Shown here: piece by piece, positions 14,895-30,112 of the stretch
Numbering within the stretch: position 1 is the stretch's first letter
How the letters are laid out: each line of letters opens with the position of its first letter
NCBI GenBank assembly: GCA_030141605.1
Contig: JAQGDQ010000670.1
Coordinates: forward strand, 51,613 to 115,612
Source of the DNA: Tubiluchus corallicola
Lineage: Eukaryota > Animalia > Priapulida
DNA: 64,000 bases
Direction: 5' to 3'
Position numbers and translations under genes: made by a program
The notes under the pieces: model-generated
Seen by the model: the letters and a program-made list of their open reading frames with translations, nothing else
Database searches by the model: none
What the model was told of the DNA's origin: nothing

Positions 14895-15450
14895 TTACTA
14901 CCCAGTGAAATAAAACAAATAGAATCTCTCCACCACTTTAAAAAGAAATTAAAAGAATGTCAATATAACAGGTTTCAACTTCCACATTGTGCATCTGATA
15001 CTAATTACACAGACTCAACTTTCATCTACCCCCGCCCCTGACTCCATAAAACGATTAAAAATGCAAATTTTTTAAAAAAAATATGTAATGTAACACGTGT
15101 TATGTTAGTTTTTTAATGTCAAATGTTTATATAGTGTAAATGTAATGCGTGAAATTTATGTAATGTAAAGCATGTTTCTGTTAATTGTGTCATGTCAAAT
15201 GTATATATAGTGTAAAATATGTCACGTAAAATTTAATGTACTTTTGTAATATTGTTTTGTAAAAATATTTTAATATTGTGTTTGTAAATATGTTCATTTA
15301 TTGTATATAATTAGGCCTTAGTTTTGCACTTTAGTTTTCTTAATCTGCACTGGACGCATTTGTCTTGAACAGTGTTGTTATTTTAACATTACGCTGAGGC
15401 TTACTCAATTTTATTATAATGAGTGAACCATTTTAATGACAAATAAAGAA

Positions 15451-15482
<32 letters not shown>
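14895..15482 (+). mobile_element. CR1/L2-like LINE 3' fragment with (TA)n tail
   Basis: LPSEIKQIESLHHFKKKLKE motif; 3'UTR ends GACAAATAAAG plus (TA)n. Confidence 0.7.
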
Positions 15483-15487
<5 letters not shown>

Positions 15488-15741
15488 AACGGAATGGCTT
15501 TATGCACAGCTAAATAAATTCCGTTTTCACAGCTGAATAAATGGCACCCGCAGACGTCGATAATTTAACACTTTATGTTGTTTACTCACTTTCTTGATTA
15601 TTTTCTGCATTGTTTGCTGTCATTAAAGTTTCGAGTTCTATACTTGGTTGTGACCGATTTTTTAACTTGGCCTTTCATACGACCAATTTCGCGTATAATG
15701 AATCGTCTAAATGCAAACTACGAGAAACATTGGCCAGTTTG

Positions 15742-16345
15742 TAAGCAAAGCCGGACCTAATGTTAAACTGTAAGTCAAAACAATCTACTCTTTAAAATAT
15801 TGAAAGGAAACATACAATTTTTTCAAAAATGACTCACGTGAAAGAATTATTACCACACAAACACAATTTCGTGTTCGCGTCACTAGTTCTTCGCATGCAT
15901 TTCGCCATTCTCTAATTAGACGGACATTAACGCCTGAATTTCGGAAACGCATCGCACAAAAACAGGTGCTGTACCTCTCAGTTCAGATGTTTTGGTTTGT
16001 GACGAACTGCTCATGCGTGAGTGCAGCCGTAAATTTGAAATTTGGATTTTTATCTTATAACTTGCCTAGTTGTAGTACAACACACTGAATATCTTACAGT
16101 AGCACTGTACTTTAATTTTATCTCTCACAAACACGTGCAACACGCTCATGGAATGTTTTTGCTGTTGAAAATTATGTTAGTTTGTGATGTCAGCAATAGT
16201 TGGGCTCGCCCACCGTTCACTAAGTTTTTAGTCTATTATCTAATTAACAGAAGAGCTTTTACAGTATTAATTGTGTAAAAATATATACTTTCTATTGAAC
16301 TTGAAAATGAGGTAGTATATGAAAAATCATCCTGTCTTCCTTTAA
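15742..16345 (-). mobile_element. Kolobok/T2-MITE-like family A, near full length (~600 bp)
   Basis: Reverse complement of 1-555; terminus ATCATCCTGTCTTCCT-TTAA. Confidence 0.75.
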
Positions 16346-16377
16346 GAACTGAATGAAAAAGAATTATTAACCTCAAA

Positions 16378-16900
16378 CAAGTCATAAGTCATTTATTTCA
16401 CATTACACATTTACAATAGTTTCATGTACAATATCTAGTGAAAGGGCCTACAATGAACATAATACAAATAAGAAATACTGCACAGGAAAAGCCTCAAACA
16501 CTGTTCACTTCTACACGAAGGTAAATGTGTTGCGGGCAATCAAAAAGCAGGGTTTGTTAGATTGTCCCACACAGTGAAAGAAAAAAAAGTAATGGAAATA
16601 ATCTGAAAATTTAAAGTGAAACGTGTGATAAAGAAAACATTAGTGCTACAGAATGGAATGGTGCAATGAATGAAGCTCATATATGAGATGATATAAAAGA
16701 TAGAAAGACTATTAGTTGCTAATAGTATGTAAAATTAAGATAACTTGATTAAGATAATACCACTGTTTTGTCACCACTGTGAGGATGGATACTGATAGAA
16801 ATTTTGATTACTCACTGATACTTACTTAAAATTTGATTTTTTAGCATTTTTTAAATCTAGTAATAGATCTGCTATTTTTTGCGGATTGACAAATCTCATT
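16378..16900 (-). mobile_element. LINE (L2/CR1-like) 3'UTR fragment; second copy at 49205-49413
   Basis: 16378-16590 is nearly identical in reverse complement to 49205-49413; AATAAA plus (TGACTTA) tail. Extent beyond 16590 is approximate. Confidence 0.7.
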
Positions 16901-18217
16901 CATATCACGTTAATTATCGTCAAATGTCTGTGTATATAAAGTGAGAATGACAGAATGTGATAAAAACAAACTGAACGAAAATCTTTAGCCATTTGTTATT
17001 AGTTTAAAAAGCGATGTCATCTGTCACACACAGAGAGAGAGTAACTGAACGGCCACAATCAATTACTGTCAACTGGAAAATGAACTAATTGTAACAAAAT
17101 TTTTTGCCAATTTTCTCTTCGAAATTTTATATCTGAAGAAATTTACTGAATACTATTATTTAAGTACCATTGGACGTGCCTAACGCGGCAGGCATGACGC
17201 CAAGAGTTTATAGTAGCCTCATTACTGGATGTGGAGAATAACTCACATGAGCACATAGTTCGTTAAATTCGGTCAATTATTTTGTGAAGATTTGACATGT
17301 TAGTGGAAAGTAACTAACGCCGCGGAGTTGGCTTTACGTATAGTGGAAATATCGTAATGCTCTCTAATTATAATTGAATGCAACATGAACCACCTGACTG
17401 CAGTGATTACAGCTCCCCTGGCGGCGATTAGCTCAAGTCTAGCGAACTGCTGAGACCGCGGGCAAACTAAATTAATAAGTCTGCACTGTAATTTTGAATG
17501 TGTCTTAAACCAATTTTGTCAGACGCACCTGCAGAATGAAGCCAGTTCGTTTCATTACCGGTTCATTCTGCTGCTTGGCGTCAGTATCATAGCAACTTTA
17601 ATATAACAAAACATTGTTCAAGGCCTGTTGTTTTGCTTCGCTTATCTAAATGCCCGGATGAAGAACAAGCACAGAAGGGCTGTTTTATGGGGTTTTTTAG
17701 ATTTAATAGATTTATTTCGCAATAAACATGCACATATACATTACATGTGCATCGATAATCAGTTTTTGTTAATACAAAAATATGATACAATTCATGAATT
17801 CTACGCTAGAGACCTAAGAAGCTAGCTTATGGTAGGCCACTAGAATTAGTTACGAAAAAAATTACAATATATACAGATACAATGTTCCAATATATACAAA
17901 TACAAATACAGGTGGGAAGTAATAAAAATATTATTATACTAGAGGGGAAGTTTTTGAAAAAGAAAAACAACAAATCATGATTGAGTGATCAGTTATATGT
18001 TTCAAGTAAGTTTAATTTATAATTTTTTTTTAAATATGGACAGCGAGTTGACATTTTAAATGGGCTCAAGTAAAAGTTATTATAAAAATAAACTTATGAG
18101 TTAATTCGATTCTTGATAATTTTCAATTTGGACCGATTTATGGTAAATTTGATCGTTTTTCCTACATTATGTCCCGCAAGTTCATTTGCCGTTCAGTAAG
18201 ACTGTTTCTCTTTTAGA

Positions 18218-19862
18218 CGACTCTTTAATAGTGTTGTACAGGGGCCAGGGGGCGTCTCTTTAATAGTGTAGTACAGGGACCAGTGGGCGTCTCTTTAATA
18301 GTGTAGTACAGGGACCAGTGGGCGTCTCTTTAATAGTGTAGTACAAGGGCCAGTGGACGTCTCTTTAATAGTGTAGAACAGGGACAAATGGACGTCTCTT
18401 TAATAGTGTAGTTCAGGGACCAGTGGGCGTCTCTTTAATAGTGTTGTACAGGGACCAGTGGGCGTCTCTTTAATAGTGTAGTTCAGGGGCCAGTGGGCGT
18501 CTCTTTAATAGTGTAGTTCAGGGACCAGTGGACGTCTCTTTAATAGTGTAGTACAGGGGCCAGTGGGCGTCTCTTTAATAGTGTTGTACAGGGACCAGTG
18601 GGCGTCTCTTTAATAGTGTAGAACAGGGACCAGTGGACGTCTCTTTAATAGTGTAGTACAGGGGCCAGTGGGCGTCTCTTTAATAGTGTTGTACAGGGAC
18701 CAGTGGGCGTCTTTTTAATAGTGTAGTACAGGGGCCAGTGGGCGTCTCTTTAATAGTGTAGAACAGGGACCAGTGGGCGTCTCTTTAATAGTGTAGTACA
18801 GGGGCCAGTGGGCGTCTCTTTAATAGTGTAGTACAGGGACCAGTGGACGTCTCTTTAATAGTGTAGTACAGGGACCAGTGGACGTCTCTTTAATAGTGTA
18901 GTTCAGGGACCAGTGGGCGTCTCTCTAATAGTGTAGTACAGGGGTCAGTGGGCGTCTCTTTAATAGTGTAGTACAGGGGCCAGTGGGCGTCTCTTTAATA
19001 GTGTAGAACAGGGACCAGTGGGCGTCTCTTTAATAGTGTAGTACAGGGACCAGTGGACGTCTCTTTAATAGTGTAGTACAGGGGCCAGTGGGCGTCTCTT
19101 TAATAGTGTAGAACAGGGACCAGTGGGCGTCTCTTTAATAGTGTAGTACAGGGGCCAGTGGGCGTCTCTTTAATAGTGTAGTACAGGGGCCAGTGGGCGT
19201 CTCTTTAATAGTGTGGTACAGGGACCAGTGGGCGTCTCTTTAATAGTGTAGTACAGGGGCCAGTGGGCGTCTCTTTAATAGTGTAGAACAGGGACCAGTG
19301 GGCGTCTCTTTAATAGTGTAGTACAGGGGCCAGTGGGCGTCTCTTTAATAGTGTAGTACAGGGACCAGTGGGCGTCTCTTTAATAGTGTAGTACAGGGGT
19401 CAGTGGACGTCTCTTTAATAGTGTAGTTCAGGGGCCAGTGGGCGTCTCTTTAATAGTGTAGTACAGGGGCCAGTGGGCGTCTCTTTAATAGTGTAGTACA
19501 GGAACCAGTGGGCGTCTCTTTAATAGTGTAGTACAGGGGCCAGTGGGCGTCTCTTTAATAGTGTAGTACAGGGGGTCAGTGGGCGTCTCTTTAATAGTGT
19601 TGTACAGGGAACAGTGGGCGTCTCTTTAATAGTGTAGTACAGGGACCAGTGGACGTCACTTTAATAGTGTAGTACAGGGGCCAGTGGACGTCTCTTTAAT
19701 AGTGTAGTACAGGGACCAGTGGGCGTCTCTTTAATAGTGTAGTACAGGGGCCAGTGGGCGTCTATTTAATAGTGTAGAACAGGGACCAGTGGGCGTCTCT
19801 TTAATAGTGTAGTACAGGGACCAGTGGACGTCACTTTAATAGTGTAGTACAGGGGCCAGTGG
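18218..19862. repeat. Minisatellite, 35-bp unit x~47
   Basis: Unit GTCTCTTTAATAGTGTAGTACAGGGACCAGTGGGC. Confidence 0.98.
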
Positions 19863-20235
19863 GAGCTCTATACAATGTCATTATTATAGGCTTGGTAAAC
19901 GTAAAAGACAAAGTAAGCAAATATGTCAATGAACAAAACATAAAATGTGAAATATGCAGAAATATGCTTCCAATTTCGGTATTTCCGTATTTCCTAAACT
20001 GCGCCGTGTTTGATCATCTGATTATTTTGTGAAGTTCAGTTTTTCCAAGACCTTTCTTCGTAATTTAACTTGACTTTTATTCACAAAAAACACCAGCTGA
20101 AGTAAAGCCTGCAAACGCTCTTGACGTGCCACGATGTATGAAAATTTGCGCTGTAAAACTCAAACGTATAATTTCCATTTTTGATGAGGTGGCAACATAA
20201 AGTCAACGAGCCAATCAGCTATTCTTATTTGAATG

Positions 20236-21298
20236 AGCGCCAGTAGTAGCAGTCACAACGCAGCAGCGTGCAACACTGTGCTGCCTGCAGACCAAATGCA
20301 AACTGAGTCAGTTATTTCAGTATACGCGCCAGTAGTAGCAGTCACAATGCATCAACGTGCGACACTGTGCTGCCTGCAGACCAAATGCAAACTGAGTCAG
20401 TTATTTCAGCATACGCGCCAGTAGTAGCAGTCACAATGCACCAGCATGCAACACTGTGCTGCATGCAGACCAAATGCAAACTGAGTCAGTTATTTCAGCA
20501 TACGCGCCAGTAGTAGCAGTCACAATGCACCAGCGTGCAACACTCTGCTGCCTGCAGACCAAATGCAAACTGAGTCAGTTATTTCAGCATACGCGCCAGT
20601 AGTAGCAGTCACAATGCACCAGCGTGCAACACTCTGCTGCCTGCAGACCAAATGCAAACTGAGTCAGTTATTTCAGCATACGCGCCAGTAGTAGCAGTCA
20701 CAACACACCAGCATGCAACACTGTGCTGCCTGCAGACCAAATGCAAACTGAGTCAGTTATTTCTGCATACGCGCCAGTAGTAGCAGTCACAATGCACCAG
20801 CGTGCAACACTGTGCTGCCTGCAGACCAAATGCAAACTGAGTCAGTTATTTCAGCATACGCGCCAGTAGTAGCAGTCACAATGCACCAGCGTGCGACACT
20901 GTGCTGCGTGCAGACCAAATGCAAATTGAGTCAGTTATTTCAGCATACGCGCCAGTAGTAGCAGTCACAATGCACCAGCGTGCAACACTGTGCTGCCTGC
21001 AGACCAAATGCAAACTGAGTCAGTTATTTCTGCATACGCGCCAGTAGTAGCAGTCACAACGCACTAGCATGCAACACTGTGCTGCCTGCAGACCAAATGC
21101 AAACTGAGTCAGTTATTTCAGCATACGCGCCGGTAGTAGCAGTCACAATGCACCAGCGTGCAACACTCTGCTGCCTGCAGACCAAATGCAAACTGAGTCA
21201 GTTATTTCAGCATACGCGCCAGTAGTAGCAGTCACAATGCACCAGCGTGCAACACTGTGCTGCCTGCAGACCAAATGCAAACTGAGTCAGTTATTTCA
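20236..21298. repeat. Minisatellite, 89-bp unit x12
   Basis: Unit GCGCCAGTAGTAGCAGTCACAATGCACCAGCGTGCAACACTGTGCTGCCTGCAGACCAAATGCAAACTGAGTCAGTTATTTCAGCATAC; period from starts at 20326 and 20415. Confidence 0.98.
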
Positions 21299-21527
21299 AA
21301 GTGAAATGCGCCAACCACTTCAAGAAGCACTTTTTTGGGCCAACGTGTATACGCTCTTCGAACGAGAAGCAAAGGAAATGATACCTTTTAAGTTTGTAGA
21401 ATGTCTACACTGCTTTATAACTTTTAAGTATAATCTGAAGTGATTGAACGACATTAACCTATTTAATTACTCTTGCTTCGATTCTGCTTTAATTTTGGAA
21501 TGATAATTATGATTAATGATAGGCAAT

Positions 21528-21987
21528 GAAGACAGGATGATTTTTCATATACTATCCCATTTCCAAGTCCAATAGAAAGTACAAATTTGAATACGATTAA
21601 CACTGCAAAAGCGTTGCTGATAATTAAATAATAGATTAGAAACTTAATTAACGGTGGGCGAGCCCAACTATAATTGATGACATCACAAACTAACATAATT
21701 TTCAACAGCAAAAACGTTTTATTACAACACACTGAATATCTTACAGTAGCACTGTACTTCAATTTTCGCATTTGCAAACACGTGCAACACGCTCGTGGAA
21801 TATTTCTGCTGTTGAAAATTATGTTAGTTTGTGACGCCATCAATAATTGGGCTCGCACGTCGTTAATTAAGTTTCTAATCTATTATTTAATTATCAGAAA
21901 CGCTTTTGCAGCATTAAGTGTTAAAATATATACTTTTATCAAGCTTGAAAATGGGGTAGTATATGAAAAATCATCATGTCTTCCTTT
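21528..21987. mobile_element. Two family A left ends fused in inverted orientation (hairpin)
   Basis: 21528-21716 starts GAAGACAGGATGATTTTTC; 21722-21987 is the same family end on the opposite strand, ending AATCATCATGTCTTCCTTT. Confidence 0.8.
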
Positions 21988-22996
21988 CAGTTTTAGAGTG
22001 CTGCTTCAAAAGACGTAGAAAGCGTTTTTGTACATATACCTACACACCGAATTGATGCTTTTGTAGTTCTGCAGCTTTTACTGGCTTACAAATGTGACAT
22101 ACACGTAATCCTAATGCAGTTTACCTGCACGGATTGCGTTTGTATTAGGCAGGTGCAACATCGCTAATTCGTATAAAATCTAAACTGTTCTTGGTAATTA
22201 CGTGTGTTGCTTCACCGTATGACACCTGCTTCTAGCTGCTTCACGACATAGTCGTTAAGTAACTAGGAGACTTGCATGCAATCCTCTAGGCGCTCCTATG
22301 AACTTACGTTGGGACGTGTACTCCCCCTTTCAAGACCACAAGCGTTCGCTGCATTTTGCATGGGTTCATGAAAATTGCTCTGACGAAGCAGCGACTACGT
22401 TATAGTTGATAATTTTTGTAGGTTTCTACTCCTCATAAAATGGAGTTTCATGCAAAATTATATATGTAATGCATTTACTTGCCTTTGAAAAATTAACAAT
22501 CGACTTTTGACGAATAAACTGAAAAAAAGCTTTCAGTAACTGGAGTATTTGCACTGTAACAAAGTACAGTATCGCTTGTGTGAAATCAGGTAATGCAGAT
22601 ATTTTCAACTATCCAGACGCAACACTGTGATAAACTTGTGTCCTACGTCTTCCCTATTTTTAACAAAAAATTCCTGTTAAAAGATGAGATGACCTTAATT
22701 TGTCCTTGGCTGTTCGGGCAGTTTTTCCAGGAACTCTGTACAACAGAGGGTTCTCTTGGGCTGTAACAAACAGGCGATCAATACAATAATGTGTACGGTC
22801 ACGCAAGTGTACACCTGCCTAGACTACTAAAAAGACTAAGTTAGATTGCCTGAAAAGGATGCGTCGTTCCTAACTTCATCCAATTAAATCACTTATAAAA
22901 ATATGCAAATAAATAGCATGATCGGATAATAATTATTCTCCTGAATAGAACATTACCTGATTTGTGGTAATTTAGTTATGTCTGTGCTCACATAAG

Positions 22997-23238
22997 CAGG
23001 GCCTATTTCGGGGGGGGGGGTGAAGTGGGAATACTTCCCCGGGGCCTCACCCTCACCCTCCTAACATTTTTTTTCTTTATGCGAACATACTGTATAACTC
23101 CATATTTTCTCTTCGAAAATGCTTCTCCGGTGTTCTAGCAGTTCAAAAATTTTCTGAACTGGCGCTTCGACCCCCCCCCCAGAGGAGGCCTCATACGCCC
23201 CACTTCCCCGGGCCTCGCTTAGGCTGAAATAGGCCCTG
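22997..23238. mobile_element. hAT-type MITE
   Basis: 13-bp TIR CAGGGCCTATTTC/GAAATAGGCCCTG; 8-bp TSD CACATAAG/CATATAAG; subterminal ACTTCCCCGGG motifs. Confidence 0.9.
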
Positions 23239-23641
23239 CATATAAGACCTACTTTGAATGGTGCGGTCATGGAGAAGTTAAACTTGACTTCATTAAAAAA
23301 CGTGAGTCTAGAGTCGGGAAATTCTAAGAGACACACAAATGATGAGATTCTTATGAGGCTGCAGTCAGTCACATCACTAGTCCAGACGATCTCGTCATCC
23401 CAAAATTGATTCTATTGCTGTGGCATTTTGCACTTAAATTTTATACCATTATGTAATAGGCAATTTTTGTAAAAACAGAATTGATACACTAGACAAACAA
23501 TTAATCAATCTTCACAACGTCTTTGAAGCGCAGAGGAAAAAGACAGTCGCGAAATGAAGCCAGTGGAGAAATAGAGACTGTTGTATTATGGTGAACGGTT
23601 ACGAACACTATCATGTAAAACAGTTTCTTTAATGTTCAGGT

Positions 23642-23749
<108 letters not shown>

Positions 23750-23840
23750 TATTAACGCAGAAAGACAAAGCTTTCACCAATAATAGCTGAGAATGATGTC
23801 CATACACACACACTGTGGCAGTGAGCAACCTACTTCTTGA

Positions 23841-24341
23841 GTTCTTCTTCTTCTTCTTCCCAGCTTTTCCCTATTCGGGGTCGCCGTTGTGAATGAGTCT
23901 TCTCCACGCATTCCTGTTGTTGACCATCTCTTCATTTATGTGTTCCCTTCCCACATGATCTTCACCGACTCTTCTTTTCAGGTGTCCATACCATCGCAGT
24001 CTTGCGAGGCTTCCATTACTTTTACTGTTCCTCTGATATTATTATTTCTAATTTTATCTCTTCTAGTTATTCCCACCATTCATCTCAACATCCTCATCTC
24101 CGCCACACCCATTTTCTTCTCTTCGGTCTTCTTTAGAGAAGCTGCTTCCAGCCCATAGAGTAGAGCGGGTCTGACCACTTCTTTGTGGACTTTACCTTTA
24201 AGTCTCACCGACTCATTCATAGAAGGTTTTGGCGCCGTTTTTACAGGCGGATACCCTTCCTGACCCTAACCCTCCCTATTTATCTGGGCTTGGGACCGGC
24301 ACTAAATTGGGCTGGCTTGCCCCCCCCCCAGTGGCTAGGTT
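23841..24341 (-). mobile_element. Internally deleted (bipartite) non-autonomous RTE retroposon
   Basis: Minus strand: RTE-type 5' leader, then [60 protein letters not shown], then a (GAA)n tail. TSD GCAACC(T/C)ACTTCTTGA at 23825-23840 and 24342-24357. Confidence 0.88.
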
Positions 24342-24342
24342 G
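24267..24342 (-). ncRNA. Twister ribozyme-like motif (degenerate) at the 5' end of the RTE element
   Basis: Minus strand CAACCTAGCC..GTGCCGGTCCCAAGCCCAGATAAATAGGGAGGGTT closely matches the twister core GCCGGUCCCAAGCCCGGAUAAA..GGAGGG. One P4 mismatch; UAG in place of UAA. Confidence 0.6.
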
Positions 24343-25248
24343 CAACCCACTTCTTGACTCATGAGTAAAATATCAATGTCTCTGTTCAATGGGCTTGCTT
24401 AACATTTGAGAACTTCATAATTTCAAAATTTCTTGCTTCTAAGCTGACGTGGCTAACACTGAGGTAAAAGAGACAATACAGCACTAGAAGCAATTTTGGT
24501 CACAGGATAATGGACAAACAGATTTCCAACAACGAAATGGCCCAGTAAAGGAATACCTCAAAAAAATGGGTAGGGCAAAAAGATATGGTCATTGGTTCTT
24601 GGACGAGCAAGCAAAGTGTAATCTAACTCATGTAAAATATGTTATGTAAAGATTTAAAATTATATACCGAAAAGCTAACGTACATCAAATGATCAAAATT
24701 TTTACTTTTCAGTAATATGTTAAACTAATTACACTATAGGCTTAAATTGCGTTTCCAAGATCGGTAAAGTATATGATTGGTTAGTTGTTTGGATGTTGGC
24801 TCTTTGGTTAAGATGATTGGTCGGTTGAACGATTGTTTTATCATTTGGCTGTTTGATTTGCTGACTGGCTGTTGTTCGTTTATTCTGTTATGTCAAGTAA
24901 TAGCCAAGCAGTCGGTCGGTAATTCCGATTTTGCTCAGCCTGTTTTGCTCAATAATCATTATTTGGTTAATTTATGGCATAAAATATTTTCGACGTGTTA
25001 TTCGATTTATAACAGTTTTGAAAATATTACAGGTATGGCGTTCACGTTTTTTCCAACTTTCCCCTCTTTATCCGTGGAGGTGCAACTAATATCACTGTTA
25101 CTAACGAAAATCCTCAATAGAATTTTAAACAGTTTCCTCTGCACCCCATTTGAAACAAGTCTGGTCCGGGACTCAAGGTCAGCTTTCGGTACAAATTCTG
25201 GCAAAATAATGAATTTCTTGCAAACTTTCTTTCTGTTCTCGACTTGTC

Positions 25249-25753
25249 TCAAACTCTCCTGTTTCTCTATAAATGTATCAACAATATTAATTCTCCTTTC
25301 AAAAACAATAAGCTCCCACTTCTTAAAAACCACAGTATGAATAACAGAACACTAAATTTAAGAAACATTAGAACGAACAATCAATATGGAAAGAATTCCA
25401 CTACTAAGCGAGCAATACAACTTTGGAACTCATTACCGACATCACTAAAACACAGCAGCTCTTTATCAATATTCAAGTCTAAATTAAAAAAAACATTTAA
25501 TGACTCGTTTTGAATATCCGACATACGAACACGATGATACTTACACAAATCATAATTTCCTTTTTTCTAGACCTTACTAAACTAGTTTATATTTTATTTT
25601 TGAATTTCTAGTTGCACTTATAGTTTAGCTTGCACCAGACGCATTTGCCCAGAACGGTGTATGTTTTTTATATGAACTAACACTGATTGTCTGTCTTTTA
25701 TTGTGATGGTCAATGTTTTTAAAATGGCAAATAAAGATTTTACTACTACTACA

Positions 25754-25833
<80 letters not shown>

Positions 25834-25986
25834 CACTACCACTACCACTACCACTACCACTACCATTACCACTACCACTACCACTACCACTACCACTACC
25901 ACTACCACTACCACTACCACTACCACTACCACTACCACTACCACTACCACTACCACTACCACTACCACTACTACTACTACTACTAC
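25249..25986 (+). mobile_element. CR1/L2-like LINE 3' fragment with (TAC)/(TACCAC) tail
   Basis: QTLLFLYK..IRTNNQYGK..IQLWNSLPTSLKHSSSLSIFKSKLKK; AATAAAG plus tail at 25741-25986; very similar to 28802-29563. Confidence 0.85.
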
Positions 25987-26850
25987 ATCAGTCTAGCACA
26001 CAAATGTAGTTCTCGTGCTTTTTACAGATAGCTTTATTTTTGGTTGCTTACAAAGAATCAAGTAAGAAACTCCAGCTCAGTTCATTAGATATCACATGTG
26101 ATAAGGGCGGAAGGAAAAATCACGTTAGAAAGCTCGGAGGCTGATCCATGCAATCAGGGGTGGCTGCTGTGAAATACACGAAATACAATATTCAACATTG
26201 CACGGTGCTGGTAGACTTTTCACAGCAAAAATAAGCTTAAGTGCGGACTGACATATTAAAAAAATTGCTAAAACTAAAACGTTCATTCATTCTCACTTTC
26301 CTGTCACTTTCCCGACACACCTAAATTCGTGCGCGAACTGGATCTGCCTACAGACTTTAAATGCAAATATGCTGATTGGATGAGTCTCTCCCTAGATAAC
26401 CAATATCGAAATTGTATGGAACTATTTTCTAGCGCGCAATTGCCGCCACATCAGTCACGATTACGTAACACGCTCGCTAAATTACAAAGGCGTTAAACTT
26501 TATAGTCGCCAAATACACTTAAAGAGGCTGCATTTCATGAAGTGAATCGTTTCCCGGCTTAATTTGCATACAGTCAAAGTATAACGAACCGAGAAAGGGA
26601 GATTTTTCAACTTGAGTTTGAATCAATAAAAAGTTAACAAATTTATATGTTTCACTGTAAAGCACTTTTTCATGTCTAGTAATTAATCTAAGTGGTATTT
26701 ACAAATTTGCATGGGTAATTAATTACCCCTATTCTCTTTTTGCTCGTTTTTCTTCTGCATTCAAAAGAGAGTTTTAAATATTATTTAAACTTGTCTTTCC
26801 CACGCGGAAAATGCAAACATGCTTACAGGGAGAGCTCGAAGATTGGAGAA

Positions 26851-27619
<769 letters not shown>

Positions 27620-28801
27620 TATTCACTTTCTATATATAACAAAATTGATACACATTGAATATATTAATGACTACGCTTTGAATTTTGAAGATTATTATCC
27701 AGCATTTTTGAAACTGTTGCAAAAATAGCTTACATGTTGTACGATCCTAGTTTTTTGAACTAAGATTTCGTGTACATTGTGTACAATATCAATAAAGGCT
27801 GCACATGCAGATACATCCGGGGAAAATATACAGGTGTTCTAAATTTAGTGAAGGTAAAACGTTTTGCGTAGAGGGTAGAACGTTTAGCGTTGTGCGAAAT
27901 CAAAGGGCAGTCAAATACTAAGTGTTCGGGCATTATTGTATCAGTTGGGCGCTTACAGTAATTACTATAGGCTAAATCAACTGTATATAAGGAGTTACGA
28001 CCTCTGCCAAATAAATAGTTGAGCGCAACAGACAGAGAGAGACTAGAGAGGGGGGGAGGTTGATGCAGTCTCTAGTGGTCGTCAGATAAATCAAGGAATG
28101 TCACATTGAAAGGTCGCAAGCTCCAAATCTGATATTTCTTCAAGCGCGAGAGTAATAACGAAAGGCATAAAAGTCTCTTTCTCACTGCCTGTTGTCCGCT
28201 GATATATCTCTAATTGGGCGACATAGTCGCAGACGTAGCTCGCTTGATGTGCCATTAGCGAGATAACTTGGCAACGTCATGATGTTATAGAATGCTTTCG
28301 TGCACCCAATAGTAACAGATTTACTCTGCTAAGCCAATAATCTCGATTTCTGCGAGTTTAAGCATTTGTTTTTGTCCCCCAAACATTGATTTTCTGTTTC
28401 CCGATGGATCAGAAATCACATTAGCCATCGTCTTATTTCTCACATGCAGAATTACTTGTGCAACTTGGGCCGCCTAGCAGCACTTCTCGATATCAAAATA
28501 TCTGCTGATAGCCCGATAAATTCAATTATTCCTCAAATGTGAACAAATGCGTTTTTCCCGGGTTATGAATATTTAACGTTCTGTGACCGTAAAGCGCGCA
28601 TTTCAATTAAGCGCATCTTACGGAATAAAATCACCTGACTTTTCAGCGCCATTTTGCCAGCTAACTTCTCAAATTGATTTTGGAAGTCAGTTTAGGGAAT
28701 CTTCTTTTGTACGTACAGTTAATTATATAAAGGGAATGTCAGTGAATTGAATTGTGAATTGAGGGCGTCGCCTCTTGCCATGCAAATGCCCATAGAGATT
28801 A

Positions 28802-29860
<1,059 letters not shown>

Positions 29861-30112
29861 TTTACGATAAGATCATTTATCAGTAAGCATATAACGATTA
29901 GAAAGGTGAGAAGGATCATGTTTTGGCTTCAAATTGCACCATTTAAACAATGTAAAATTGCAGCCGTCATTTTTTATGGTAACTCTGGTTGCTTCCATTT
30001 TCGTGCCTCTTTCGCGGGTGTGCTTTATTCAGAGCATAGTCAAGTTTTGCCAAGAAAAAAACATTGGCCCAGAATTACTTTGAACAGAATAAGCAGTTTT
30101 GTACGCAGTGAA

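Noticed and set aside
24777-25340. 187-aa and 108-aa ORFs
   Set aside because: They partly overlap a LINE fragment in non-coding frames; no recognisable motif.
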